DNA from: Gammaproteobacteria bacterium
GTDB taxonomy: Bacteria > Pseudomonadota > Gammaproteobacteria > Xanthomonadales > Wenzhouxiangellaceae
Assembly (NCBI GenBank): GCA_050485825.1
Contig: JBJHCC010000010.1
Location: forward strand, 23,895-87,894
DNA length: 64,000 nucleotides
Reading direction: 5' to 3'
Part shown: positions 21,219 to 31,325 of the stretch, in pieces
How positions within the stretch are numbered: the first letter of the stretch is position 1
Layout: every line of letters begins with the position of its first letter
Position numbers and translations under genes: made by a program
Notes under the pieces: model-generated
Told to the model about the DNA's origin: nothing
The model's database searches: none
The model's input: the letters and a program-made list of their open reading frames with translations, nothing else

Positions 21219-22344
21219 ACTTTCAGCGCTCAAGTCCTCACTGAACCGCATCTGGACGAACTGGCGGGGTTGGAAAAGCAATCGAAAGCTTGTCGTTATC
21301 GAGTCTGACGACTGGGGCGCCACTCGCATGCCCGATCGGAAGGCTTTTGATGCATTGCTGGCCCAGGGATTGCGGGTTGACCAGTCGCGCTATGATTCGC
21401 TGGATTGCCTGGAGGACCGTGCGGATCTGGAGTTGCTGTTTGAAGTCGTCTCGCGCCATCGGGATGGCCATGGTCGGCCCGCGATCATTACCTTCAATAC
21501 GGTCATGGGCAATCCGGACTTTTCCGCAATCGCAGCCGATCGCTTCGAGCGCTTTCACTTGCAGCACTTTTTCGATTCCTACCGGCACTACCATTCAGAC
21601 TGTCTGGAGTCGATCTGGCGTCAGGCGATATCGGAGCGGCTGATCCGTCCCCAGTTTCATGCGCGAGAGCATCTGAACAGCCCGCTGTGGATGCGCGATC
21701 TCCGGGCTGGCCACGAGCAAGCCCGTATCGCATTCGAGCACCAGTTCTATGGGCTGAAGACCGACACCAGCGCGCCGGGAAGGCGCAGCTACCTCGCGAC
21801 CTACTGGCCAGGGCGGGAAGACGACATTCCTGAGATTCTGGCGATTCTCGACGACGGCCTGCGCCTGTTCCAGGATACTTTTGGATTTCGCTCTCGTTCC
21901 TTTATCGGCTGCAATTATGTCTGGCCGGAGCAGGTCGAGGAACGTCTCGCCGCCAACGACGTGGACTATCTGCAGGGGCAGCGCGCGCAGCTGATACCCG
22001 ATCCCGCGCGGCAGTGGCGGCGTCGCCCGGTTGCGCACTATGCGGGAAAGCGCAACCGCTACCGTCAGCGCTACGGTATCCGCAATGTGGTCTTTGAGCC
22101 CTACCAACGCCCGGACAGCGACTGGAGTCGCAAGGCGCTGCGCGAAGTGGGACAAGCCTTTCTGCTGCGTTGTCCGGCGGTGATCTGTTCGCACCGGATC
22201 AATTTTGTCGGCGGGATGGACCGCAGCCACCGGGACAGTACACTGCGCCAGTTTGACCATCTGCTCGGGGAGATCAGACGGCGCTGGCCGGACGTGGAGT
22301 TTGTTGCCAGCGACGACCTGGCCGCTGCGATGCAGGACGAATAA
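21211..22344 (+). CDS. Polysaccharide deacetylase-like protein (paralog A)
   Basis: IESDDWG, PQFHAREH, RNVVFEP, SHRINF. Start GTG 21211 chosen from overlap with the upstream gene. Confidence 0.6.
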   Translation: MPRLSALKSSLNRIWTNWRGWKSNRKLVVIESDDWGATRMPDRKAFDALLAQGLRVDQSRYDSLDCLEDRADLELLFEVVSRHRDGHGRPAIITFNTVMGNPDFSAIAADRFERFHLQHFFDSYRHYHSDCLESIWRQAISERLIRPQFHAREHLNSPLWMRDLRAGHEQARIAFEHQFYGLKTDTSAPGRRSYLATYWPGREDDIPEILAILDDGLRLFQDTFGFRSRSFIGCNYVWPEQVEERLAANDVDYLQGQRAQLIPDPARQWRRRPVAHYAGKRNRYRQRYGIRNVVFEPYQRPDSDWSRKALREVGQAFLLRCPAVICSHRINFVGGMDRSHRDSTLRQFDHLLGEIRRRWPDVEFVASDDLAAAMQDE

Positions 22345-23432
22345 TGATTGCGATCCACGACAGCGTGCACGGCTTCCACCCGGCTTGGGCAGCCTACTGC
22401 CAGGAGCAGGGTATCCCGTTCCGGCGCGTCAACTGCCACGCCAGCGATATCGTCGCGCAGCTTGAAGATTGCACGGCACTGATGTGGCACCACAGCCATT
22501 CACACCCGGCAGACATTCTGGCGGCCAAGCCCTTGTTGTTTGCGCTCGAGCATGCCGGAAAAGTGGTGTTCCCCGATTTTCGGACGGGCTGGCATTTTGA
22601 CGACAAGCTGGCCCAGAAGTACTTGTTTGAAGCGCTGGGGATCGATGCTGCACCGGCCTATGTCTTTACCGATCGCGCGGCGGCGTTGGCTTGGGCTGCC
22701 AAAACCAGCTACCCGAAGGTTTTCAAACTGCGCCGTGGGGCGGCCTCAGCCGGCGTTCGGCTGGTGCGGAACGAGACTCAGGCGAGGCAGCTGATTCGGC
22801 AGGCCTTTGTCCGGGGTTTTTCAGTCTATGATCCCCTGGGAAATTTACGCGAACGGCTCAGCAAATACCGTCGAGGGAAAGCTGGCCTCGCGGATGTGCT
22901 CAAGGGCGTCGCGAGACTGGCTCAGCCGCCGCGCTTCTCAAAAGTGCTGGGCCGCGAGCGGGGCTACGCGTACTTCCAGGAATTCATTCCCGGGAACGAT
23001 TCGGACCAGCGAGTTGTGGTTATCGGAGACCGGGCCTTCGGGATGCGCCGGTACGTCAGACCCGGGGATTTTCGGGCCTCCGGCAGCGGTCTCTCGCAGT
23101 ATGGTGAGGCCGCGGTGGATCGCCGATGTATCGCACATGCGTTCGAGGTGGCAAAGCGAACGGGGGCCTATTGTCTTGCCATGGATTTCGTCATTGACGG
23201 CAGACGGGGTCCGCTGCTGATTGAGTTCAGCTATGGATTTCGATCGCGACACCACGGCTACGCAGAGTTTGAAGGCTACTGGGATTCGAGCCTAAACTGG
23301 CATTCGGGGCCGATTAACCCGCCCGCTTGGATGGTAGACCAGGTTCTTGCCAAGGCTGCGGAATCCTGCCCTACGGGATTTGTTGATCCTGTGAACGTTT
23401 TGCTTCAAGTCTCGTCACTTCATTCTGGCTAA
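22344..23432 (+). CDS. RimK-like ATP-grasp ligase
   Basis: FDDKLAQKY, YPKVFKLRRGAASAGV, YFQEFIP, MDFV...LIEFS. Confidence 0.8.
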   Translation: MIAIHDSVHGFHPAWAAYCQEQGIPFRRVNCHASDIVAQLEDCTALMWHHSHSHPADILAAKPLLFALEHAGKVVFPDFRTGWHFDDKLAQKYLFEALGIDAAPAYVFTDRAAALAWAAKTSYPKVFKLRRGAASAGVRLVRNETQARQLIRQAFVRGFSVYDPLGNLRERLSKYRRGKAGLADVLKGVARLAQPPRFSKVLGRERGYAYFQEFIPGNDSDQRVVVIGDRAFGMRRYVRPGDFRASGSGLSQYGEAAVDRRCIAHAFEVAKRTGAYCLAMDFVIDGRRGPLLIEFSYGFRSRHHGYAEFEGYWDSSLNWHSGPINPPAWMVDQVLAKAAESCPTGFVDPVNVLLQVSSLHSG

Positions 23433-23437
23433 GCAGA

Positions 23438-24049
23438 ATGAATCCGTCTATCTGGACTCCGCGCTACTTGTTTCACCGCGTCCGACTCGCTGCGTTTGAG
23501 TATCGGAATCCAGATCTGCCTTGGCTGACAGCTGATGCCATCTCGTTTCTTGCAGCTTGGCTGAATGTGAAAGACTATGTGCTCGAATTTGGGTCCGGTC
23601 GTAGTACAGTTTGGCTGGCCAGCCGCTGCCAATTCGTCCTGAGTGTGGAGCACGATCCTGTTTGGTTCGGAATGATGTCCAAAAAGCTGGCCGATTGCGG
23701 GAATGTGCGCTATCGGCTTGCTGAACTGAGGTCTTCGATCGGGTCAGAGTCACCTTACTTGACAGTGCTCAACGAGGTTTCAGACGAGTCCTGCGATGTT
23801 CTCCTTAATGATGGCCGATTGCGCTGCCAGGTTGCACGCGAAGGGATTTCCAAACTCCGCCCAGGTGGGCTCCACGTTCTGGACAATGCGGAACGGTACC
23901 TTCCTAATGATCTCACGATCCCGTCATCGAGAGGCCGGGCCGAGCCGACCGCCGATTGGGCTCAGTTCATCGCGGCGACGGCGGACTGGAGACGGGTCTG
24001 GACGTCCAACGGTGTCACGGCCACCCTGTTGATGTTCAAGCCGTGTTGA
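23438..24049 (+). CDS. SAM-dependent methyltransferase
   Basis: VLEFGSGRST, SVEHDPVW, LLNDG...LDNA. Confidence 0.78.
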   Translation: MNPSIWTPRYLFHRVRLAAFEYRNPDLPWLTADAISFLAAWLNVKDYVLEFGSGRSTVWLASRCQFVLSVEHDPVWFGMMSKKLADCGNVRYRLAELRSSIGSESPYLTVLNEVSDESCDVLLNDGRLRCQVAREGISKLRPGGLHVLDNAERYLPNDLTIPSSRGRAEPTADWAQFIAATADWRRVWTSNGVTATLLMFKPC

Positions 24050-25065
24050 TTGCATTTCCGCATGCGCCTGGCATGGGCGGTCCGGGTAGCTTTCAGTCTC
24101 GGTTCGAGGCCGCGGTCCAGCAGCGGGGTTGGCGGACTCGTCACGGAACGGCAGCTGGAGGAGCACTGCCCGACATCGCGATGGTCGTCGGTGGGACTCG
24201 CCAGATTGGGTGGCTCTACAAGCTGAAGCGGCGGGGTGTTCCAATTGTGTATCGTCTGGATGGCCGGCTATGGCTGCATCGGCTTGTGTCCTTCAGGCGA
24301 GCGCCTGCTGATTGGATACATGCTGAGCTGCGCAATGCGCTGGCTCAGTGGTCGCATGGTCGCATGGCCGACTGCGTCGTCTACCAGAGTCGATTCGTTG
24401 AAAAGTGGTGGACCGAACAGGGTTGGTGGACTCCAGCTGAATCGGTTGTAATTTCAAACGGTCTCGATCTGGAGGAGTTCCGTCCAGGTGATGCCGGTTC
24501 GCCCGAGGCATCCATGCCGCCGGATGTGGTTTGCGTGGAGGGGCATATCGACTACTCCCCTTACGCGATGGAGCTGCTTGGTTTTGTGGCTGATGGTCTT
24601 GCCAAGCAGGGCGCTCGGCTGATTCTCTATGGCGGCTTTGGAGGGCGCGCTGGCAAGGAGCAGTTGGACAACAGAATCGACTACAGGGGAGCGGTTTCGC
24701 GAGAAGCCATCGCCCCGGTATATCGCAATCGAGTCTACTTGTCATTGGATATCAACCCTGCCTGCCCCAATACGGTTGCGGAGGCTCTCGCCTCAGGTGC
24801 TCCGGTCATTGGGTTTGATACCGGTGCGGTGAAGGAACTCGTCGGTCATCAGGCCGGATGCATTGTCTCCTATGGGGGGAACCCATGGAAAGGGGAGCGC
24901 CCCGACTTTCAGGGTCTGCTGTCGGCCTACCGCGAAGTATCAGGCAATTTTGCGGAATATAGTCGTGCTGCACGCCAACGTGCAGAAGACCATTACGGTA
25001 TTGACACGATGGTTGACGCTTATGCCGAGGTGCTGGAGCGCCTGGCTGCTCGACGGAAGCGCTGA
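24043..25065 (+). CDS. Glycosyltransferase family 4
   Basis: ACPNTVAEALASGAPVIGFDTGAVKE. Start adjusted to the overlapping GTG. Confidence 0.85.
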   Translation: MLIAFPHAPGMGGPGSFQSRFEAAVQQRGWRTRHGTAAGGALPDIAMVVGGTRQIGWLYKLKRRGVPIVYRLDGRLWLHRLVSFRRAPADWIHAELRNALAQWSHGRMADCVVYQSRFVEKWWTEQGWWTPAESVVISNGLDLEEFRPGDAGSPEASMPPDVVCVEGHIDYSPYAMELLGFVADGLAKQGARLILYGGFGGRAGKEQLDNRIDYRGAVSREAIAPVYRNRVYLSLDINPACPNTVAEALASGAPVIGFDTGAVKELVGHQAGCIVSYGGNPWKGERPDFQGLLSAYREVSGNFAEYSRAARQRAEDHYGIDTMVDAYAEVLERLAARRKR

Positions 25066-25312
25066 CCGCTGCCGGGCAGCCAGCTCTCGTTGAGCTGAAC
25101 GCAAGTGCTATGGAGAGCGCCTTGGCCCGTTCGCACTTAAGCGAGCTTGCTAGAGATGGCCGCCCAGCAAAGCAATTCGGTCTTGAGCTTGCAGTAAATT
25201 GCAGGTCGACCGGCTCTAAAGCAAGATCAGGTATGGCTTGCTGATGACCTGGCCATGTAGCCCCCCGATGCGGCTACTCTCACCGTAGACTCGCAAAGAT
25301 AAATAGACGCCA

Positions 25313-25990
25313 TTGAGAAAGCGAACACGCCAATACCTGTCCATTAAGCTCCGCCAGATCGAAGTGTCAGCGGTGCGGTTAAGGCGGGCAATCAATCCTT
25401 CGATGAGCGAACGTGGTCTGCTGGTTACCGGTTGCGGGAGAAGTGGCACAACCTATACAGCGAAGCTGCTGCAGACGCTTGGCCTGAAATTCGGGCACGA
25501 AAGGTTAGGGATGCATGGAATAGCGTCCTGGTATTTGGGGTCGAAGCAAAAAAAGGTGCCTTTTGGTCCTTCAATGCAGCAATTGGCTTGGCTAGACCTC
25601 CCGGTTGTGCATCAAGTGAGAGAGCCCCTCAGCGCTATCTCCTCTTGCCTGGCGATTGGCAAGAGTAGCCGACGCTTTCTGGAGGAGGAATCTGCTGTCT
25701 TTCGGGCGACCTCTCGCATCGGCTTTGCGATGCGGTATTGGCTCTACTGGAACCAGACTTGCGAACAACTCGGATCCTTTACCTATCAGATTGAGCGGCT
25801 GGATGAGACGCTCCCAAAAGTTCTGGCGATCGGCAAGCTTGATTTGCCGGAATCGCACAGATCTTCAGAAGTTAGCAAAAAAACTAACGCCAGAACGCAC
25901 ACAAGTCTCACATGGGATCAACTCTTCGATGAAGATCCGGTTCTCGCCACGGAAATTCGCGAGCTGGGAGGGCACTATGGATATCATTAA
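25313..25990 (+). CDS. Sulfotransferase-like protein
   Basis: LVTGCGRSGTT, HQVREPL. True start may be ATG 25403. Confidence 0.65.
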   Translation: MRKRTRQYLSIKLRQIEVSAVRLRRAINPSMSERGLLVTGCGRSGTTYTAKLLQTLGLKFGHERLGMHGIASWYLGSKQKKVPFGPSMQQLAWLDLPVVHQVREPLSAISSCLAIGKSSRRFLEEESAVFRATSRIGFAMRYWLYWNQTCEQLGSFTYQIERLDETLPKVLAIGKLDLPESHRSSEVSKKTNARTHTSLTWDQLFDEDPVLATEIRELGGHYGYH

Positions 25991-26050
25991 GGGTTGCCAA
26001 ACCAGTATCGCAAAATCCAGCTGCTTATCTGTGGTCTTCAATTCGAGTTC

Positions 26051-27202
26051 ATGCAGCGCTTGAGGGTTGATTTTTTCAGCAACCAGGCACCGCACTATCG
26101 AGCTGCCTTGTGGGAACGCTTGCTCAATGACGATATGTTGGATGTTCGTTTCCATTTCGGGGAAGGTGCAACCAACACCATTCGCTCAATCGACCTTGCA
26201 GAGACGCGCTGGTACGGTAAGGAGACGCGCTTTCATCTGATTCGAAACGTTTACGTCCGGCAGCTGCTGGTTTGGCAGCGCGGCGTATTGGGGCAGATTC
26301 GTAAAACCGATGCCCGCGTGCTGGTCCTGCTCGGGCAGATGTATATTCTTTCGATGTGGCTTGCCGTCTGGATTGCCCGTCGTCGGGGGATGGCAGTTCT
26401 GTTCTGGGGCCATGGAGCCTATGGCCGCGAAGGACCCTTGAAGCGCTGGTTTCGGAACCGCTTTTTGCGCTTGGCCGACGGTGTACTGGTCTACGGCGAG
26501 CATGCCCGTCGCTTGCTGATTGCCGACGGCTTCCCGCCAGAGCGGGTCCGAGTGGTTTACAACTCTCTGGACCACGCCCGGCAGCTTGCCATTCGAGATG
26601 CAGTGGTTCAGCCCGATTTCATCGCCGGGCAGGGCTGGTTCGTGACGGCAGACGTGCCGACCCTGCTTTTTATCGGTCGCCTGACGGCACAGAAGCGCCT
26701 CGACCAGTTGATCGACGCTGTTGCCCGGTTGCGGGACCAGGGTCGGATCTTCAACCTGTTGATAGTCGGCAGCGGCCCCGAATCAAAGCCTCTGCGCGCA
26801 CTCGCAGGCGCGCTTGCTGGGCAGGTCCACTTTTACGGCGCCTGCTACAACGAAGAGGAGCTTGGCCGATTAATCGCGAATGCAGATCTCTGTGTATCTC
26901 CGGGGGAGGTGGGCCTGACCGCCATGCATGCACTGGGCTACGGAACGCCGGTTTGCACACACAATGACCTGACCCGTCAGATGCCCGAGGCTGAAGCTAT
27001 AGTCGAGGGCCGAACAGGCGTGCTCTTCGACCACCGGACCATGGATATCGCTGGCGCCATACGCCGCTGGTTTGAAAGCGGTCAGGATCGAGCCGTCATC
27101 AGAGCCTTCTGCTACCAGGAGATCGACTTGAACTGGAATACGGAAAATCAGGCGCGCCGCATCCGCGACGCCATTGAGGAACTGGGTGCTCAGTCCGGAT
27201 GA
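26051..27202 (+). CDS. Glycosyltransferase family 4
   Basis: LFIGRLTAQKRLD, PGEVGLTAMHA, MPEAE. Confidence 0.87.
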   Translation: MQRLRVDFFSNQAPHYRAALWERLLNDDMLDVRFHFGEGATNTIRSIDLAETRWYGKETRFHLIRNVYVRQLLVWQRGVLGQIRKTDARVLVLLGQMYILSMWLAVWIARRRGMAVLFWGHGAYGREGPLKRWFRNRFLRLADGVLVYGEHARRLLIADGFPPERVRVVYNSLDHARQLAIRDAVVQPDFIAGQGWFVTADVPTLLFIGRLTAQKRLDQLIDAVARLRDQGRIFNLLIVGSGPESKPLRALAGALAGQVHFYGACYNEEELGRLIANADLCVSPGEVGLTAMHALGYGTPVCTHNDLTRQMPEAEAIVEGRTGVLFDHRTMDIAGAIRRWFESGQDRAVIRAFCYQEIDLNWNTENQARRIRDAIEELGAQSG

Positions 27203-28098
27203 ATTACCTGGTCATCGGCTCGGAAGGCTTCATTGGTGGTGCGCTGGTCAACTATCTGTCTCGGCTCGGTCGGGTGGTGGCGCGGGCTGATATTCAGCCG
27301 TGGTCTCATCCCGGCTACACCCGGCTTAATCCGCGCGCGCCCGATTTCGATGCGCTTCTTGCCGCCTACGACGGGGATGTGATCATCAATTGCGCCGGTG
27401 CGGCCAGCGTGCCGGACTCGCTGGCCGATCCGCTGCGGGACTTCGCCCTCAATGCGCATTGCGTGCTCCAGATGCTGGAGGCGATGCGCAGGTACGCGCC
27501 GCAGTCACGATTCATCAACCTGTCCAGTGCCGCCGTCTATGGCAATCCGGGCACGTTGCCGATCGCGGCATCGGCGCCAACAGCGCCGGTGTCGCCCTAT
27601 GGCTTTCACAAGCGCATGAGCGAGCTGGCCTGCGAGGAATACCACACGGTATTTGCTTTGCAGACGGTATCGCTGAGGATCTTCTCGGCCTACGGCGAGG
27701 GCCTGCGCAAGCAGCTGTTCTGGGACCTGCACCAGAAGGTGCAGGGCCCGCAACGGCCGATCGCGCTGTTTGGCACCGGCCAGGAGTCGCGGGACTTCAT
27801 CTACATTCAGGATCTGGTCCGCGCCATCGTGCTGGTTGCCGAGCACTACCCCATGAACGGCCGAGCCATCAACGTTGCTTCGGGCCGGGAGACTCGGATT
27901 GCTGACGCGGTCGAGCATTTCCTGGGGCTCTACGAGCCGCACCCCGAGTACCATTTCTCGGCCCAGGCGCGCGCGGGTGACCCGTTGAACTGGTGCGCGG
28001 ACATTTCAGAGCTGGATGCGCTGGGCTTCAAGCCTGAGTGGTCGATGGCCGAGGGCCTGGCCGCCTACCATCGCTGGTTGCATGAGACCGGGGTCTGA
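27199..28098 (+). CDS. NAD-dependent epimerase/dehydratase (extended SDR)
   Basis: VIGSEGFIG, SSAAVYG, PYGFHK (YxxxK). Confidence 0.9.
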   Translation: MNYLVIGSEGFIGGALVNYLSRLGRVVARADIQPWSHPGYTRLNPRAPDFDALLAAYDGDVIINCAGAASVPDSLADPLRDFALNAHCVLQMLEAMRRYAPQSRFINLSSAAVYGNPGTLPIAASAPTAPVSPYGFHKRMSELACEEYHTVFALQTVSLRIFSAYGEGLRKQLFWDLHQKVQGPQRPIALFGTGQESRDFIYIQDLVRAIVLVAEHYPMNGRAINVASGRETRIADAVEHFLGLYEPHPEYHFSAQARAGDPLNWCADISELDALGFKPEWSMAEGLAAYHRWLHETGV

Positions 28099-28112
28099 GC
28101 AGCCTCTGAAGC

Positions 28113-29258
28113 ATGCGGATCGGAATCCTGTTTACATTCAATCCCATTTGGATGGGTGGGCTGATCTATCTGCAGAACCTGCTGCGGACGCTGGATTTCC
28201 TCGATGAGTCCCAAAAGCCCCAGATCACAGCCTACTTCAAGCCCGAGCTGGCCGACATTGTGCAAAAGCTCGACTACCCCGATCTTCGCCGGGTGCCGAT
28301 CAATTATCCGGACGTCAAGCTGGGGACCTTGGGCTCCTGGCTGACGCGCAAGAATCGTTTTGTCGATCCACTTTGGGCTCGGGATGAAGTGGACGTGATC
28401 TTTCCGGTTCAGGACATGCCGGTCCGCTCGGACGCCCGGGCAGTGTCCTGGTATGCCGATCTGCAGCACCGCTACTATCCTGAGTTCTTTACTCGCAGCA
28501 ACCGTCTGGAGCGGGAGCTGCGAATTCAGCTGATACTCAGGCACAGCAGGCAGATGGTGGTGTCCAGCCAGGCCGTAGCTGACGACTTTCATCGCTTTTA
28601 CCGGGTCCCCGACTCGCTAAGAATGGACATTTATCGGTTCGTGAGCCCGCTCGAGTCCGTGAGCTCGCAATCGATAGAGTCGGCAAAGGCGCGATACGAA
28701 ATCCGGCAACCGTATTTCATCATCAGCAATCAATTTCACAAGCACAAGAACCATCGGACGGCCATCAAGGCTTTTGGAGCTGCCGCTGCTGAAATGAACG
28801 AGGTAGAGCTGGTCCTGACCGGCCGCCCGCCGCGATTGGCGGATTCGCCCTATCTGCGGGAGCTTCAAGACATCATCGAAGAGCACGGAGTGCAGAGCCG
28901 CGTCCGCTTCCTTGGCGCCATCCCGCGTAGTGACCAGGTTGCATTGATGCAGGGCGCTGTGGCGGTTGTCCAGCCCAGCCTGTTCGAGGGCTGGAGCACC
29001 GTCATAGAAGACGCCAAGAGCCTGCAGGTGCCGGTCATCGCCTCTGACTTGCCGGTTCATCGGGAACAGCTGGCGCAGCGCGCCAGCTACTTCCCTGCGC
29101 AGGACACGGATGCCCTGGCCGATTGTCTGGTAACCGCTTTCGCAGAGTCCAGCGGTGGTCAGACGCCACGCTATGAAAGTCTCGAGATTCGTGCCATTTC
29201 GGCTGCGAATTCCCTGCTGGAGACCTTGCGCTGGCAGGCCGGGGTCATCGGTGGCTAG
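28113..29258 (+). CDS. Glycosyltransferase family 4
   Basis: HKHKNH, PSLFEGWSTVIEDA. Confidence 0.88.
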   Translation: MRIGILFTFNPIWMGGLIYLQNLLRTLDFLDESQKPQITAYFKPELADIVQKLDYPDLRRVPINYPDVKLGTLGSWLTRKNRFVDPLWARDEVDVIFPVQDMPVRSDARAVSWYADLQHRYYPEFFTRSNRLERELRIQLILRHSRQMVVSSQAVADDFHRFYRVPDSLRMDIYRFVSPLESVSSQSIESAKARYEIRQPYFIISNQFHKHKNHRTAIKAFGAAAAEMNEVELVLTGRPPRLADSPYLRELQDIIEEHGVQSRVRFLGAIPRSDQVALMQGAVAVVQPSLFEGWSTVIEDAKSLQVPVIASDLPVHREQLAQRASYFPAQDTDALADCLVTAFAESSGGQTPRYESLEIRAISAANSLLETLRWQAGVIGG

Positions 29259-30405
29259 GCATCTGGTTATCATCAATCAGGCGGCCAACTACCTGACGGT
29301 CGGATTGTGCAACGCCTTCAATCGCAAGTTCGACACAGTCACCTTGATAGCGGGTAGCGTCCATGTTCAGGGAGAAGAGTTCGATCCTGATATCGCAGTC
29401 TGCTGGATCAATCGCTGGCATGAGCGGCCAGCCTGGAAAAAAGCGGGTTCCTATCTGCTGGCACTCGCGCGGATGTGGTGGCTGCTGCTGACACGCTACC
29501 GCAGCCACGAAGTCCTGTTTGTTTCCGTGCCGCCCATGGGATATCTGTTGAACCTCATTCTGCCGCACCGCTTCAGCATGGTGATCTGGGATATCTATCC
29601 CGACGCCTTCAAGGTAACCGGAATGCGGGAGTCCCATCCGATCTATCGGATCTGGTCCTGGCTGAACCGCCTTTCTTTCCGAAAGGCCTATCGTCTCTTC
29701 ACGATCAGCGACACCATGGCAGAGTCGCTGTCCCGTTACGTGGGGCGGGAGCGCATGATTGTCCAGCCCATCTGGTCGATTTTTACCCCGGAGGATCGGG
29801 TGCCCCGCGATCAGAATCGCTTTCTGGCAGCTCACGAATTGAAGGGTCGCTTCATTGTGCAGTACTCGGGCAATATTGGCCTGACCCACAACGTGGAACT
29901 GCTGATCGAGATTGCCGAACGCCTTAAGGCTAACCACCGCATTTTGTTCCAGATCATCGGCCGTGGCCCGCGCGAGCCGGCGATTCGACGCCGAGTCGAG
30001 GAATCCGGTTTGTCGAATGTGCAGATGCTCCCCTTTCAGTCCGACGAAATGTTTCCGCATTCTCTGTCGGCAGCTGACCTGGGCGTGGTGATTCTGGACG
30101 AGCGAGTCAGCACCGGCTCAGTTCCCAGCAAGGCCTATAACCTGATGAGTATCGGCATTCCAGCGCTATATGTGGCGGGTGAGCACAGTCAATTGGCGCG
30201 TGACGCGAAGCAGTTTGGCCATGCCGTCTGTTTTCAACACCATCAACTCGATGAGATTGCAAGTTTTGTCTCCCGTCTGGCGACTGACCCCAATTTGCGC
30301 GAATCGATGGCAGCGTCGGCCGTTGCGGCTGCAATGAACTTCGGCCGCCCCAACGCCGATCGTTTTGCCGAGCTGTACCTCACGTCTCGAGGCGCTGCGG
30401 CGTGA
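29251..30405 (+). CDS. Glycosyltransferase family 4 (WcaI/WbuB-like)
   Basis: DIYPD, YSGNIGLTHN, VPSKAYNLM. Confidence 0.87.
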   Translation: MARHLVIINQAANYLTVGLCNAFNRKFDTVTLIAGSVHVQGEEFDPDIAVCWINRWHERPAWKKAGSYLLALARMWWLLLTRYRSHEVLFVSVPPMGYLLNLILPHRFSMVIWDIYPDAFKVTGMRESHPIYRIWSWLNRLSFRKAYRLFTISDTMAESLSRYVGRERMIVQPIWSIFTPEDRVPRDQNRFLAAHELKGRFIVQYSGNIGLTHNVELLIEIAERLKANHRILFQIIGRGPREPAIRRRVEESGLSNVQMLPFQSDEMFPHSLSAADLGVVILDERVSTGSVPSKAYNLMSIGIPALYVAGEHSQLARDAKQFGHAVCFQHHQLDEIASFVSRLATDPNLRESMAASAVAAAMNFGRPNADRFAELYLTSRGAAA

Positions 30406-30487
30406 ATCCCCGGCCGAGAGATCATATTAATGGCCTGCCAGACTGGCCTTCCATTCCGCTTGGTTCTGCGATATTCCGACAGTTTCG

Positions 30488-31258
30488 ATGAACGCCACGA
30501 ATAATACAGTCAATCTGCTTTGGACCGGTGGCTGGGATTCGACGTTTCAGTTAATGAAGCTCGTTTTTGATGGTATACAAAGTATTCATCCGCATTACCT
30601 GATTGATGAAGATCGTAAGTCCACCAGGCTTGAACTGATGACGATGAGAAATATTCGCGCCGCTATATCGCGTATCGATCCTTCGTCAAGTCATCGCATA
30701 CTGCCCGCCAAACTTGCCGCGGTTAATGATGTCCCAGCCTGCGCTTCAATTTCTGATGCGTTTGGCCGAATCAAAGAGAAGAGCTTCATTGGAAGCAAAT
30801 ATGATTGGTTAGCGAGGTTTTGCAGCGGCTTTGACGTGCGCGACCTTCAGCTCTGCGTTCATCGTGATGATAGGGCCGCAAAGGTTATTGAGAACTTCAT
30901 TGTTCGCCGTGATTCCGGTGTGCGATGCGTGCCGCGTCCAACCGGGGGTGCTGGTGTTGATGAGTATCTCGTTTTCGGCTGGTTCGAGTTCCCCGTCTTT
31001 TACATCACAAAGCGCGAGATGCTTGAGATATCATTCAAGAGAGGCTGGATGCCAGTCATGCAATTGACCTGGTTCTGTCACGCGCCGCGAACGGGAAAGC
31101 CCTGTGGCCGCTGTAACCCCTGCGTCTACACTGCCCAAGAGGGGCTTTCTTGGAGAATACCCATGAGTCGGCGAATACTCGGGCGAGTCTACAACGGGAG
31201 CATCAAGCCGGTGAAGGAGTTCTTTCGATCTAAGGCTCGGCTGGTTCTTCGTCGGTAA
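30488..31258 (+). CDS. QueC-like PP-loop ATPase with C-terminal Cys cluster
   Basis: LLWTGGWDST PP-loop variant; TWFCH...PCGRCNPC. Confidence 0.6.
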   Translation: MNATNNTVNLLWTGGWDSTFQLMKLVFDGIQSIHPHYLIDEDRKSTRLELMTMRNIRAAISRIDPSSSHRILPAKLAAVNDVPACASISDAFGRIKEKSFIGSKYDWLARFCSGFDVRDLQLCVHRDDRAAKVIENFIVRRDSGVRCVPRPTGGAGVDEYLVFGWFEFPVFYITKREMLEISFKRGWMPVMQLTWFCHAPRTGKPCGRCNPCVYTAQEGLSWRIPMSRRILGRVYNGSIKPVKEFFRSKARLVLRR

Positions 31259-31325
31259 TAGTGAGAGTTCCGTTGCCATTGCGTGCCGCGCCTGCCTGCC
31301 ACTTCGGCATTGTGACATTGAACCG

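Noticed and set aside
25066-25312. About 250-bp gap inside the glycan operon as an sRNA or IS scar
   Set aside because: No convincing inverted repeat, terminator or target duplication found.
30488-31258. True queC or a 7-deazaguanine DNA modification system
   Set aside because: No queD/queE/folE/dpd genes nearby and the PP-loop is atypical.
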